64,000 nucleotides of DNA, taken from positions 12 to 64,011 of the forward strand of contig DASXHH010000002.1 in the NCBI GenBank assembly GCA_036488585.1. The letters are read 5' to 3'. The DNA comes from Candidatus Saccharimonadia bacterium (GTDB lineage: Bacteria; Patescibacteriota; Saccharimonadia; UBA4664). The position numbers were made by a program, and so were the translations under genes. A model generated the notes under the pieces. That model was not told the DNA's origin. It saw nothing but the letters and a program-made list of their open reading frames with translations, and made no database searches. Below are positions 1-10,195 of the stretch, in pieces. How positions within the stretch are numbered: the stretch's first letter is position 1; the number at the start of each line of letters is the position of its first letter.

Positions 1-351
1 TCGATCGCTCGACCGCAGCAGCAGGCAGCCGGGCAGTAGTGGATATTCGTGAACCTGCACGACCGGCGGCTCGGCCTGTACCTGATGCAGAGCCGCGTTG
101 ACTAGCTCAACGGTTGGCCGTGGTCCAGGCCAGTAAACCCAGCACTCTTCGGGGGACCGCCGCATGGTAGCTTCCAGGGGTAGGTTCCTGGCGCCGCAGC
201 GGTAAACCGCCAGTTCTACCATAAGCTGGCTCTTGTAGGCCAGGTCACCCTGATGGAGCGTGGTGCTAGCGGTCAGGTAGTACCCGCCGTCAGGAAAACT
301 TGGATCGGGCTCGACTGCGACGATCAGGCGTTGCGCGCTATCGTCCTTCAA
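1..351 (-). CDS. hypothetical protein, partial (runs off window start)
   Basis: Open frame read by hand from TTG at 351 (LKDDSAQRLIVAVEPDPRF...) to position 1 with no stop; GAGGTG SD-like site upstream. Confidence 0.45.
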   Translation of the reverse strand, partial: MKDDSAQRLIVAVEPDPSFPDGGYYLTASTTLHQGDLAYKSQLMVELAVYRCGARNLPLEATMRRSPEECWVYWPGPRPTVELVNAALHQVQAEPPVVQVHEYPLLPGCLLLRSSDR

Positions 352-432
352 TTCAATCACCTCAGCTCTTCTGTTGAAGTACGGCTGATATACTATACAA
401 TTTTTTGTTATTTCTTACAAGAGTCAAGAAAA

Positions 433-1302
433 TTAGGCGGTGGGCTGGAGGAGCTCGGAGGGCCAGGAGTCACGGAACTCATATAGGTAGGCGGGCGGAA
501 GCTGTCCGGCCTGGAACTGCCCCTCCAGCTCGAGCCAATGGTTGGCCTGAGCTGGATACCAGGTTTGGCCCTGCATGAGGGGCGCCGCGTGGTGCTTGCG
601 GTAGATGGCCTCGAGCTTGCGGGCCCGGCGGTCGTAGGAACCGGAGGCGAAGCGGCCGTCGAGGCCATAGCGCTGGTAGTAATTGAACAGGAATTCGGGA
701 ACATAGAGGAAGCCGTCCGGGTAACGGGCGCCGATTTGCAGCATGAGATCCCAATCCTCTAAGCCGGGCAATTCGGGATCGAAACGGATGCCGGCGTCAG
801 TGATGGCGCGAGTATACATAAAGCCGTCCATGTAGGCCTCGACGCGGGAGTGAAAGATGTCTTGCAAAGTGGCGTGGTCCGGGTAGACGTCTGATTTGTC
901 GCGGCGGACCAAGCGCTGACCGTCTTGATACAGTTCGATATAGAAATGCCCTTTGGGAAAGCCAAAACTGGCCTTAGGGTGGCGGGCAAAATGCTCTAGC
1001 ATAGTTTCAAGGTAGGTCGGCAGGAATTCATCGTCGGAGTCGAGATAGCAGATCCATTCCCCCGCCGCCAATTCCAGGGCGTGATTGCGGGCGGCACTAG
1101 GGCCGGCGTTGTCTTGGTAGTGATACTTGATGCGCGGGTCGCCGAAGCCTTTCACAACCTTAGCAGTGAGATCAGTGGAGCCGTCGTCGATGACGAGTAG
1201 CTCCCAGTGTGGGTTAGTTTGGGCCAGAACGCTCTTGATGGCGTTGCCGATCATAGTAGCCCGGTTGAAAGCGGGCATGATGATCGAGGCGGTGGGCTTC
1301 AT
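433..1302 (-). CDS. glycosyltransferase family 2
   Basis: SIIMPAFNRA, VIDDGSTD, NAGPSAARN, YLDSDD and EDWDL motifs; start moved to MKPTAS, 7 nt after TATAAT. Confidence 0.92.
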   Translation of the reverse strand: MKPTASIIMPAFNRATMIGNAIKSVLAQTNPHWELLVIDDGSTDLTAKVVKGFGDPRIKYHYQDNAGPSAARNHALELAAGEWICYLDSDDEFLPTYLETMLEHFARHPKASFGFPKGHFYIELYQDGQRLVRRDKSDVYPDHATLQDIFHSRVEAYMDGFMYTRAITDAGIRFDPELPGLEDWDLMLQIGARYPDGFLYVPEFLFNYYQRYGLDGRFASGSYDRRARKLEAIYRKHHAAPLMQGQTWYPAQANHWLELEGQFQAGQLPPAYLYEFRDSWPSELLQPTA

Positions 1303-1372
1303 TACTCCCATTATAACTCAAGTTATAACTCAAGCATAAGAAAAAAGCCGCGAGTGCGGCTGAATAATTTCT

Positions 1373-1450
1373 TGGTAGCGGGGGCAGGATTTGAACCTGC
1401 GACCTCTGGGTTATGAGCCCAGCGAGCTAACCGAACTGCTCCACCCCGCG
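1373..1450 (-). tRNA. tRNA-fMet (CAT)
   Basis: Reverse complement CGCGGGGTGGAGCAG...GGGCTCATAACCC...GGTTCAAATCC...GCTACCA; C1:A72 mismatch and GGG/CCC anticodon stem typical of initiator tRNA. Confidence 0.95.
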
Positions 1451-1566
1451 TTATTAACACAGAATAATTTAACAGAATTTAGTTCCGTGGTCAATGATTT
1501 AACCTGAGGGGACGCTTTGCCTCGGTAAAGGCGTATTATGAAGCTGAGAGTTAGCGAGGAGACGGG

Positions 1567-2682
1567 ATGAAAAAAGCAGTTATGGGCTTGGTGGCCGCAA
1601 TGGTGCTATTGGCACCGGCGGTAGCAGCGGCGTATAGCGCCGAGAACCAGCACGATTTGACTTTACCTAAGGGTGAGACCAAGACCGGTACGTACTACGC
1701 CGCGGGCCAGACAGTAACGATTGATGGTGATGTGGATGGAGACCTGATTTGTGCCGGGCAGACTGTGAGTGTTAACGGTAATGTGCACGGCGATGTGATT
1801 TGTGCCGGACAATCAGTGACAGTGAACGGCACTGTGGACGGCAGTGTGCGGCTGGGCGGCCAGGACGTAATCGTGAACGGTAGCGTGGGCCGCAACGTGA
1901 CAGTGGCGGCGCAATCGTTCACCCTGAGCCAGGGTAGCCACGTGAGCGGAGACCTAGGCGTGCTATCGCAAACCGCGGCGGTAAACGGCAGCGTCGACAG
2001 GGACGTGTACGGTCGCATGCAGAGCCTGGCTTTGGGTGCGAGCAGCGGGGCGGTGAGTGTGACCACGGGTGCCCTAACCATGAGTGGCGACGCGAAGGTA
2101 AACGGCAACTTGCATTATGAGAGTGAAAATTCGTTTAACATCGACAAATCCAAAGTGACCGGCGATATTTCGCACAGCACCCCGCCGGCGCGCGATATGC
2201 GAAACGCGGATAACGCAGCCCAGGCCGGCTTTGCGCTGCGGCTGTACTGGATCTTCGCGGGGCTGATTTTGGGTCTGGCGTTTGTGTGGCTGATGCCTGG
2301 GTTAGTGCGGCGAGCGTCCGGGATTATGCGCGAGAAGCCGGGCAAGAGCATAGGCTGGGGCGTAATAGTGTCACTGGTAGGGCCAGCGCTGGCTTTGGTG
2401 CTAATGGTGACAGTGCTGGGATTGCCGCTCGGCTTGCTGGTGGGAGTGGCGTGGCTGCTACTGGTACTGACCAGCTCGATCTTCGCCGGCATTGCCGCCG
2501 GGTTGTGGCTGCTAGACCGGGCAGAGTGGGAACGCGGCTCGCTATGGTGGGCCGCCGCGCTGGGCGTGCCACTGACGGTGATCGTATTGAGCGTGCCGTT
2601 TGTGGGCGGCATTATCGGCCTGGTGGCCACCTGGTGGGCCGTGGGCGGCGTGAGCTTAGCGGCCCGGGCAGCGCGAAGCTAG
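1567..2682 (+). CDS. polymer-forming cytoskeletal (bactofilin-like beta-helix) domain membrane protein
   Basis: Signal peptide, repeated AGQxVxVxGxVxGD units, multi-TM C-terminus. Confidence 0.75.
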   Translation: MKKAVMGLVAAMVLLAPAVAAAYSAENQHDLTLPKGETKTGTYYAAGQTVTIDGDVDGDLICAGQTVSVNGNVHGDVICAGQSVTVNGTVDGSVRLGGQDVIVNGSVGRNVTVAAQSFTLSQGSHVSGDLGVLSQTAAVNGSVDRDVYGRMQSLALGASSGAVSVTTGALTMSGDAKVNGNLHYESENSFNIDKSKVTGDISHSTPPARDMRNADNAAQAGFALRLYWIFAGLILGLAFVWLMPGLVRRASGIMREKPGKSIGWGVIVSLVGPALALVLMVTVLGLPLGLLVGVAWLLLVLTSSIFAGIAAGLWLLDRAEWERGSLWWAAALGVPLTVIVLSVPFVGGIIGLVATWWAVGGVSLAARAARS

Positions 2683-3074
2683 GTGCTCGAGCGGCCGGCC
2701 CAAAAATCAATCCATTGCTGGAAGTTAGACTTGGGACCGCTTGATTTCGCAGGGGTAACATCGGCTGAGGGTTGCGGCGCTGGACTGTCTTTTGGAATGA
2801 TCACGACGTTCTCTCCGGGCAGCTGCAGACCAAGCTGCGAGCGGGCCTCACGGTCTTTGTACGAGTTGGTCTGGTAGTACTGAATGTCGTAGGCCAGCTC
2901 TTGCTTTTGGTCTTTGAGCAGGCCGATTTGCTGGTTGAGGGTATCAATTTGATGGCCGAGTTCGTAGTTGCGATGGATAGTTTGGCCGAGCACCACCACC
3001 AGATACAAAACGGCAAACGCACCCAGCACGTTGACGACGCTGGAGCCGGTAATCTGAAATTTCGGTACCCTCAT
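2679..3074 (-). CDS. septum formation initiator family (FtsB/DivIC-like)
   Basis: One TM, coiled coil, then EARSQLGLQLPGE motif. Confidence 0.75.
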   Translation of the reverse strand: MRVPKFQITGSSVVNVLGAFAVLYLVVVLGQTIHRNYELGHQIDTLNQQIGLLKDQKQELAYDIQYYQTNSYKDREARSQLGLQLPGENVVIIPKDSPAPQPSADVTPAKSSGPKSNFQQWIDFWAGRSST

Positions 3075-3110
3075 GAGCTTAAGTATATAGTATACTGAGT
3101 CGCGAACCGC

Positions 3111-3186
3111 GGGCCCGTAGCTCAGCGGTCAGAGCAGGCGGCTCATAACCGCTTGGTCGCTGGTTCAAATCCAGCCGGGCCCACCA
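3111..3186 (+). tRNA. tRNA-Ile2 (CAT, lysidine type; Met not excluded)
   Basis: GGGCCCGTAGCTCAG...GCGGCTCATAACCGC...GGTTCAAATCC...CCCACCA; resembles ileX-type tRNAs. Confidence 0.9.
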
Positions 3187-3364
3187 GTTGACTTATTACT
3201 TATACTGTGTTATTATAACTGTCATCCTTTGACAGTTTTTTGTAATGGGGAGCTATCCGGGCGCATGTCGTGTACCTGGTTAGCTCTCCGTTGCTACCGC
3301 GGCGAGCTTGCATTACCCACTACGACTACGACTGCACAGAGGGTAGCGGACTGGAGAATCGAAA

Positions 3365-3844
3365 ATGCTGTATTATGTCACGCTGGACACAACGCAGACG
3401 GACCACCCGCTGGTCAACGCCATCAAGCGCACCATCGAAGGCGAATCCGTCCCGGGAGCCCGCCTGGTCCAGGCCGGAGAAGTCTGGTACAAGGGCCTGC
3501 ACTGGAAGGAATCGCTCGACGGGTATCGGGCGCAGTTCAGCCACATGGTGGTCGAGGTACCCGCCGTCCTCGACTCGCCTGCCGTGTGCAAGGTCGAGCT
3601 GGAATTCAAGGCAGAGGACCTGGTGGGCATCACGCCAGGGCTCTACGATGACACTCCCGGCATCTCATGCCAGATCACCACGTACCGTCACGAGGGCTCC
3701 CCCGTGTACCCAGTGCGGATCGAGAGCGTGAAGCTGAGGGGTGCCGACGCCTTCTCGACTGTGAACGAGTACTACAGCCGCTTCATGGCGGATCCGTCAT
3801 CCTTCATTCCCACTACGCCCTGGGTGCCAACGGCACCCATCTAG
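3365..3844 (+). CDS. hypothetical protein
   Basis: 159-aa ORF, GGAG SD, strong third-position GC bias. Confidence 0.7.
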   Translation: MLYYVTLDTTQTDHPLVNAIKRTIEGESVPGARLVQAGEVWYKGLHWKESLDGYRAQFSHMVVEVPAVLDSPAVCKVELEFKAEDLVGITPGLYDDTPGISCQITTYRHEGSPVYPVRIESVKLRGADAFSTVNEYYSRFMADPSSFIPTTPWVPTAPI

Positions 3845-4220
3845 CCGACAAGTAGCAACGGAAGCATCCATGGCAGGTGGCCTAGACGAGAATACTCGCC
3901 CCGGCCCCTGCCTGCTTTCGTTTTATACCATCATATGATGCCATAGTGACAATTCGAAAGTCGGTTCCGACCTCTACGCCGCCATTTCGCAACGGAACAG
4001 ACCATCCGACCACTCGGCTTACACCGAAGCCACCCACTGGCTGAACCACCGCCCCGCCAGGGGCAGCAAGCAACACCTACATAAGGTGGAGCCCAGCTGC
4101 AACTTGGCGGGGCTCTTGATGTTCAGGAGTTCATTGCTAGCCCGGTAGTATTTATACGCTCGGCCTCCCTAAGAACTACATACCAGCTAGTGAGCTCTTC
4201 CCGGATATGGTCCCACCGAG

Positions 4221-4251
4221 ATCCGACTAGGCCCACCAAAGAACTTATGCT
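4221..4251 (+). repeat. degenerate tRNA-Ile 3' end (att-like scar) plus AAGAACTTATGCT trailer
   Basis: ATCCGACTAGGCCCACCA vs tRNA end ATCCAGCCGGGCCCACCA; last 9 nt identical to 3178-3186. Confidence 0.6.
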
Positions 4252-4369
4252 TAATATTTCGGTTTGCTCCAACTCACACTCTGCGCTTGCCTAGCTAATT
4301 TTCCTATTTGATGTTATTATATCGCGTGCGAAGGTAATTGGAATCCTTCCCGAACGCAAGGGGGCTAAT

Positions 4370-4885
4370 ATGCCGCTCGTGCAAGCCAACTTCAAGAAGT
4401 CGTGGCAGCTGCCAGATGACCCAAGGTGGCCCATTGGCGCAGGCACGCCGTTCCAGCGCGCAGCCTTCGGCATGTGCCAGGAACTGAGTCGTCTTGTGGC
4501 GCAGGCAGTCAACGTCATCGACAATCTCCCCGAAGGCCGGTGGCTCACGGACAACCAAGTAGTCGTAAACCCGGGGATGCTGCACTCACATGCTCTGAAC
4601 GCGAGTGAGGCTCAAATCCTCATCAACCCCGGTGGCGGACCGCGCTACTGGCTCTTCCGAGAGCGCCGACAGAGGCGGCGTCGAGCCCGCATCCACGACT
4701 TCGTGAGAGACGGGCTGGTCCGACTCGAAGCAGGAGATACTGACTGGACGTTCCCCGACTACGACATCGAGATCATCCCGTCCCGGATGACGGGGTCTAC
4801 CACCCGCGGCAACCGCACGATCGGGGAACCGTGGGGCGGGGCGCACTCGATTGTACAGGCGAGCCCCATGCCCACCCACTGCTGA
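4370..4885 (+). CDS. hypothetical protein
   Basis: 171-aa ORF, AAGGGGG SD, followed by a long GC hairpin at about 4901-4958. Confidence 0.6.
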   Translation: MPLVQANFKKSWQLPDDPRWPIGAGTPFQRAAFGMCQELSRLVAQAVNVIDNLPEGRWLTDNQVVVNPGMLHSHALNASEAQILINPGGGPRYWLFRERRQRRRRARIHDFVRDGLVRLEAGDTDWTFPDYDIEIIPSRMTGSTTRGNRTIGEPWGGAHSIVQASPMPTHC

Positions 4886-4895
4886 CCGAGTCAGC

Positions 4896-5135
4896 CTATC
4901 GCCCCGCCGGGGCGGCAGCACCGCATAGCGCGGGGCCCTGCCGTTCTAGGTGGGGCCTTGCTATGCCTGGAATTGGTCGGGTTGATGTCATTACGAGGCA
5001 GTGGCGGCCATAGTCCGGCTCAACCTCTGCCATTAACTCCAGTTCGCTAATCTCCTTGCCTTGCATGGATAACACCATGCGGAGTACAGCTAGGCTACAG
5101 GCGGCCATATTATCCTGCTTGTAGTATGGAGGCAT
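4896..5135 (-). pseudogene. truncated peptidase C39-like gene
   Basis: N-terminus PYYKQDNMAACSLAVLRMVL...ISELEL fits the C39-like Q-x5-C start; resemblance ends after about 45 aa. Confidence 0.45.
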
Positions 5136-5234
5136 AAGACCATTCTAGCCCCATGACGGGGCTTTAACTTTCACAATTATTTATTCTGAGCTGACGGCCT
5201 GAGAGTCTCATGCGAGATGGGGCGCTCGGGTCGT

Positions 5235-5271
5235 GGGGCTCCACTGTTGCGCACTAGCGCAGTGGAGCCCC
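5235..5271. terminator. GC-rich hairpin without U-tract
   Basis: GGGGCTCCACTG...CAGTGGAGCCCC 12-bp inverted repeat downstream of the 5299-6114 gene. Confidence 0.55.
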
Positions 5272-5298
5272 CATGAGGGGTGAGCCTCATGTTGTTGG

Positions 5299-6114
5299 TT
5301 AGTTGGGAAGAGTGGCCAGGGCCTGGGTGCCAGGACGGAGCTCGTGTCCGTAGGAGGTGATGTACTCGCGGAGAGTGTCGGACAGTTGGCCGCCGATCAC
5401 GTCTGCCGGGAGGTACCCGGTCCGGGAGAGTCCCAGATGCACCCGCACCATGTCGATGAACACCTGCTCACCGATGAGCCTGTAAGGCTCCGGGGCAGGG
5501 TTGCGCAGGAAGGACTGAACGGATGGCAGGACGCTCAAGAGCGAAGAATCCGACACGATGTCGAGTTCCTGCTCGGCGATGATCTTGGCGATCACGAGCT
5601 TGGCCTCACGGCTGGTGATGCAACCAAGATGTGCCCGGACCATGTCGGCAAACGACAGACCGGACCATTCGGGCGGCACGCTGCCGTTCACGACCGGCAA
5701 TCCCAGCTGGGTGCGAACGATGTTGACGAACAGATCCCGGTCGAGACCGGGGAACGTCAGGTAGTCCAACAGTGCGGGCCGCAGGCCCAGCATCGTCTGG
5801 AGACCCACTGAGCTCAGTTCGGCTGGCGGAATCAACTCGGCCAGCGCGGCCGGAGCGTCGAAGGCACAGCTGAGGCCGAGCTCGGCGCGGACGAACCAGC
5901 GGCGGAAGGTCCGCCACGAGGGGCCGCGGAACTCGTTCTCAATACCCGCGATGATGTGGAGGGCGGCTTTGAGTTCGGCGTCGGTAAAGGCCGCGAGTTC
6001 GGCCGGCTCCACATAGTGACTGCTCAGGAGCGTGGACACCAGCTGTTCGTGCAAGCGCTTCTCGATGCAGTGTTGAATGTAGTTTGGCGCGGTACGGTCG
6101 ATGGTGTCGCTCAT
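5299..6114 (-). CDS. hypothetical protein with internal repeats
   Basis: 271 aa, GAGGAG SD, recurring VRxxLG motif. Confidence 0.7.
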   Translation of the reverse strand: MSDTIDRTAPNYIQHCIEKRLHEQLVSTLLSSHYVEPAELAAFTDAELKAALHIIAGIENEFRGPSWRTFRRWFVRAELGLSCAFDAPAALAELIPPAELSSVGLQTMLGLRPALLDYLTFPGLDRDLFVNIVRTQLGLPVVNGSVPPEWSGLSFADMVRAHLGCITSREAKLVIAKIIAEQELDIVSDSSLLSVLPSVQSFLRNPAPEPYRLIGEQVFIDMVRVHLGLSRTGYLPADVIGGQLSDTLREYITSYGHELRPGTQALATLPN

Positions 6115-6414
6115 GGAGCTCCTCTCCGAGCGGTCAGCGATCTGTGATCTTGTCCCAACTAGTTTTGTGTCAAGGCGGTTCTTAGAATTCTTGGGCTTTG
6201 TTTATAAAACAAAAACGCCTGAGTGGTTCTTCGGAACCTGTCTCAGGTACGCTTGAGCGGTATCAGAGGCAGGTAGCGACGACGGGTCACAACAAACGAT
6301 TTTGCTATTATGAGTCGCGCATACCCTTAAATTTCAGTTGAATGTTAGCACTAGCATGATAGTTTGTCCAGATAGGGCCAAAAGCAAGTGGACAGATGTT
6401 AACATAAGAACAAT

Positions 6415-7050
6415 ATGGGAAAAAGCTACCAAGTAGAGGCCCGCCTGGACCTACCCGATTACGCGGCCGAGCGCCGTTACATAATGATGGAGATTGGTCT
6501 GGCACAGCGGGAAATGGCAAAGTGCCCGCACTGGATACCATTCTCCTATCCGGGCCTAGGGATTCTGCAGCGGGCCGATTGGCGGCGGTATATTCACGAA
6601 CTGGAGCGATATGGCCGGGAGTTGGACCGCAACGAGAACGAGGCGCGAGAAGGTTTGTGGCCGCTAGTGTTTATGGTAGTGAATGACCAGCCGGAGCCGG
6701 TCGCTAATGTGCGCATCCGGCTACAGGTGGAGGGCGGACAGGTGTGGCCCAAGCACAAGCCCCCCACTCGCCCGCTCCGCGTGGACGGAGCACCGGAGCA
6801 GTCTAACACGCCTAGGCTGCTGCGGGCGCGCGGTTTTGAGCGGCGGCATATACGCGTTACGGCGCACGTGGTCGAGGCGGAATTTTCGCGGCTAGAGGCT
6901 CACGACAATGCCCGGCTGCTGAGTCAAACATTGTATGTGGACGCGCGACACGGAGCGCGGATAAAGTTTGAGATTGGTTCGGGCAGCCGATCGCAGCAAG
7001 GGGAAGTCCGGCTGCCGGCCAGTCCTCATGTCTTTCTCAGTCAAAGTTAA
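6415..7050 (+). CDS. hypothetical protein
   Basis: 211-aa ORF filling the gap; no motif recognised. Confidence 0.6.
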   Translation: MGKSYQVEARLDLPDYAAERRYIMMEIGLAQREMAKCPHWIPFSYPGLGILQRADWRRYIHELERYGRELDRNENEAREGLWPLVFMVVNDQPEPVANVRIRLQVEGGQVWPKHKPPTRPLRVDGAPEQSNTPRLLRARGFERRHIRVTAHVVEAEFSRLEAHDNARLLSQTLYVDARHGARIKFEIGSGSRSQQGEVRLPASPHVFLSQS

Positions 7051-7056
7051 TAAGCT
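7024..7056 (+). promoter_or_regulatory. CCTCAT-N5-TCTCAG direct repeat plus -10 (TAAGCT)
   Basis: Box ends 10 nt before the -10, which is 6 nt before ATG 7063. Confidence 0.55.
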
Positions 7057-7062
7057 AAAAAC

Positions 7063-7515
7063 ATGAAGCGAGTTTTAGTTGTAATAGCAGTATTGGCCGG
7101 CGTGGGAGGACTAATTGCCCTGTTGGGTTACCACCCACATAGCGATGGGCTGTCGCAGGCTGCGTCTTCGAATGGAGGCGGGGCCACGAGTAATAGTACT
7201 GATACACCGACGCCGCAAGCCACCCCGGTGGGCGGATACAAGGACGGCACGTACACCGGCAGCAGCGTTGATGTGGGCTACGGCACAGTGCAGGTGCAAG
7301 CCGTTGTGGCGGGTGGGAAGATCACAGGCGTGAATTTCTTGCAGATGCCGTTTGATGCCAGCCGCTCGGCTATGATTGCCAACGAGGCCAAGCCGATTTT
7401 GCAGCAAGAGGTAATTTCGGCCCAGGTTGCAAATGTAGACCTGGTGTCTGGTGCGACTTCTGACTGGGGAGGCTTCGTGAAGTCGATGCAGGCGGCACTC
7501 GATCAAGCCAAGTAA
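7063..7515 (+). CDS. membrane-anchored FMN-binding (flavinylated) protein
   Basis: N-terminal TM, YKDGTYTG, VDLVSGAT flavinylation motif. Confidence 0.9.
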   Translation: MKRVLVVIAVLAGVGGLIALLGYHPHSDGLSQAASSNGGGATSNSTDTPTPQATPVGGYKDGTYTGSSVDVGYGTVQVQAVVAGGKITGVNFLQMPFDASRSAMIANEAKPILQQEVISAQVANVDLVSGATSDWGGFVKSMQAALDQAK

Positions 7516-8234
7516 TGAAGTCGACCCGCCGCATTATGGGCATGCCGGTAACGCTAGAGGTGCCGGATGGTAACGATAGAGCCGCAGCGATGGAGGCGGC
7601 GTTTGACCGGCTCATGTGGGTGGACAAGGTTTTTAGCACCTACAAGCCCGACAGCCAAATCAGCCGGCTAAACCGGGGTGAGCTTAAGGCTGGCCAGTTG
7701 GACAGTGAAGTGCGAGGGGTACTGGCGGCCTGCGAGAAGATGCGCAAAGTGACGGGCGGATATTTCGATATTCGGCGGACAGGTAACGAAATTGACCCGT
7801 CTGGGTATGTGAAGGGCTGGGCCATCGGTGAGGGGGCAGAGATACTGCGGCGGGCCGGCGTGGAACGCTACTTTGTGGATGCCGGCGGCGACATGCAGGT
7901 ACGCGGCGAGTGGCGAGTGGGCATACGCAACCCGTTTAATCGTCAGGAAATCGTGAAGGCGCTGAGGGTCAGTAATGTGGGCGTGGCTACCTCGGGTACG
8001 TACGAGCGCGGTGAGCACATCTACGATCCGCACACCGGCAAGCCAGCGACAGGGCTGGCTAGCCTGACGGTGGTGGGTCCAGATATAGTGACGGCTGATG
8101 TGTACGCGACGGCAGCGTTTGCCATGGGCGCAAATGGTGCTGAATGGGTGGCCGCGCAGGGCCTGGAATGCTACGCCATTGCACCGGATGGAACGGCCAC
8201 GTTTACGCCGGGACTGCGGCAATTATTCTTGTAA
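7515..8234 (+). CDS. apbE: FAD:protein FMN transferase
   Basis: FSTYKPDSQISRLN, DPSGYVKGWA, DAGGD, VATSG, HIYDPHTG, ADVYATA. Confidence 0.92.
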   Translation: MKSTRRIMGMPVTLEVPDGNDRAAAMEAAFDRLMWVDKVFSTYKPDSQISRLNRGELKAGQLDSEVRGVLAACEKMRKVTGGYFDIRRTGNEIDPSGYVKGWAIGEGAEILRRAGVERYFVDAGGDMQVRGEWRVGIRNPFNRQEIVKALRVSNVGVATSGTYERGEHIYDPHTGKPATGLASLTVVGPDIVTADVYATAAFAMGANGAEWVAAQGLECYAIAPDGTATFTPGLRQLFL

Positions 8235-8241
8235 AGGAGTG

Positions 8242-9582
8242 CTAGTAGGCGAAGCGCTCGGTATGGATGAAATTGCGAGCCAAGCCGAGGTGCTCGAGGT
8301 TGGCGGTGACTGCGTCCATCATGGGAGCCGGCCCGCAGAGCATGACTTCGCGACTGGAAACGTCGGGTACGAGCGCGCGGAGGTTGGCCTGGTCGACGAC
8401 GCCGGTGGTGAAGCCGGCCACGGTTTCACCTGAAAGAAGGTAGTGAACGACGGCACCGCGACGGGCGGCCAGAGCCTCGATCTCGTCGCGCAGGGCTAGG
8501 TCGGCGCGAGTGCGGACAGCGTACAGCACCACCACATCTTGGATACCAGCTGGCAGTTGCTCAAGCATGGAGCGGATAGGCGTAATACCAGAGCCACCAG
8601 CGATTAATAGCGCCTTAGGCCGGGTGAGCCGGGCCGGTGTGAAGTGGCCGTGTGGACCGTCGATGGAGACCAAGGCACCAGGCTTGAGGCCGGAGAGCGA
8701 GCGTGTGAAATCTCCGACCTGTTTGGAGGTGAACCGCAGGTATCGGCCGTTGGGAGCGGTCGAAATGGAGAACGGGTGGGCTTGCCACCACAATTCCGGC
8801 GTTAAGAAGCGCCAGATTATGAACTGGCCGGGCTGGTACACGAGTTGTTCAAGATGGCGCCCGCTAACGTATACGGATAGCATGTCGGGCGTTTCGTGCA
8901 CGATTTTTTCGACTCGGAACTGGTGCTTATACACCAGGTATACGGGCCAAAGGAAGCGGAAGAAACCGATAGCACCGAACGCTAAAACGTAGAGCGAGAG
9001 CCAGAAGGCCTCGAACAGTCGCTGGCCAACGAAGTCTGACCCCACCGAGAGTTGGTGAGAAAACGCAAGCAGGATGGCGAGGTACGTAAACAGATGCACG
9101 TAGTACCAGGTTTCGTATTTGAGACCGCGGCGGACGATGCCGATGGATATAAAGACGATGCCGATGAGCAGAAGAGTGGCGATGGTGGCTTTAAGCACAT
9201 CGTTCCAGTTGAGCATGAAGTCGGAGAGCTGGGCCAAGATATTGAAATGGTTGAGGATGGCGTAACCCAGGGTGAGAAAGACGGCGTGCAGGATAATGAG
9301 GATAAGGGCCGAGTAGCCGTTCCATTTATGCAGCCAAGTGAGTTTTTCCATCCCGATCGTGTTTTCGAGCACGGGCAGGCGACTCAGTAGCACCACCTGC
9401 CACAGGATCTGGTAGGTGCCGATTAGGCCAGTGAGGTTACCGACGGCCAGCTCAACGGAGTAGAGCGCGGCGTGCGTGTCGTGGCCACTGGCATGCCACC
9501 AGAATGCCGCGATAATAACAATGCCGGCTGCATAGAGCCAGTACCAGAGTTGGCGACCGAGAGGGAATGTTCTAGGATTCAC
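8242..9582 (-). CDS. ferric reductase-like transmembrane protein with FAD/NAD(P)H-binding domains
   Basis: TM His pairs (LHKW..ILHA; VHLF..FSHQ), HPFSIS, DGPHG, AGGSGITP, CGP, terminal ERF. Confidence 0.9.
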   Translation of the reverse strand: MNPRTFPLGRQLWYWLYAAGIVIIAAFWWHASGHDTHAALYSVELAVGNLTGLIGTYQILWQVVLLSRLPVLENTIGMEKLTWLHKWNGYSALILIILHAVFLTLGYAILNHFNILAQLSDFMLNWNDVLKATIATLLLIGIVFISIGIVRRGLKYETWYYVHLFTYLAILLAFSHQLSVGSDFVGQRLFEAFWLSLYVLAFGAIGFFRFLWPVYLVYKHQFRVEKIVHETPDMLSVYVSGRHLEQLVYQPGQFIIWRFLTPELWWQAHPFSISTAPNGRYLRFTSKQVGDFTRSLSGLKPGALVSIDGPHGHFTPARLTRPKALLIAGGSGITPIRSMLEQLPAGIQDVVVLYAVRTRADLALRDEIEALAARRGAVVHYLLSGETVAGFTTGVVDQANLRALVPDVSSREVMLCGPAPMMDAVTANLEHLGLARNFIHTERFAY

Positions 9583-9588
9583 TTAGTT

Positions 9589-9633
9589 AGAGTAGCATGT
9601 GACCGCTGAGAAATGGCCAAGAAGGAGTTAAGA
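9589..9633 (-). promoter_or_regulatory. TCTTAA-N5-TCTTGG-N5-TCTCAG repeats plus -10 (TACTCT)
   Basis: TCTCAG ends 11 nt before the -10, which is 6 nt before GTG 9582. Confidence 0.55.
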
Positions 9634-9637
9634 AAAG

Positions 9638-10195
9638 ATGGTTTCGTACCCGACATTACACGAGATAAAGGCCGCGGCAGATGAGTATTGGACGGCGTGG
9701 CAGGAACTTCTGGCGGCCCGGCCGGAGCTGCGGCAAGCGGTAGGGCAGCACTCGCCAACTGCGCTGGGCTGGAAGGTGGAGGGCGAGGTTTCGCCGCTAG
9801 AAGTGGCTGAGCGGCTATACGAACTGGGCGACCACGTATATATGGGGCCAGTGAACGGTGAGCGCGCAATCCTTACCATCCAGAAGCCACAGGCGGTGGC
9901 GCTTGATACACTCCAGGCGATTAAGGTGTTGCAGCGGCGGCCAAGCCGGCCAGAGGATCAACTAGGGCCGGATAGCCTGGACTTGCATCTACCGCACGGT
10001 GTGCCGGGGCTAGAAACCGTTCAGAAGTCTCTATACGGTTCCGGGGCCAAGGCTGAGCACGAGCACAATGAATTTTACCGGTGGTTATCTGTGAAGTACA
10101 AGAAATACGAGTTTAAACTCCAGGATCACACGCTGTGGGAGATATGCGCCAAAGAAGCGGCGCGAGTGTTAGGCGCCGACCTGACTATTGCTTGA
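9638..10195 (+). CDS. hypothetical protein
   Basis: 185-aa ORF; no motif recognised. Confidence 0.65.
   Translation: MVSYPTLHEIKAAADEYWTAWQELLAARPELRQAVGQHSPTALGWKVEGEVSPLEVAERLYELGDHVYMGPVNGERAILTIQKPQAVALDTLQAIKVLQRRPSRPEDQLGPDSLDLHLPHGVPGLETVQKSLYGSGAKAEHEHNEFYRWLSVKYKKYEFKLQDHTLWEICAKEAARVLGADLTIA

Noticed and set aside
1695-2000. Periodic sequence as a DNA repeat or CRISPR array
   Set aside because: Reflects beta-helix protein repeats. No repeat-spacer array or cas genes were seen anywhere in the window.
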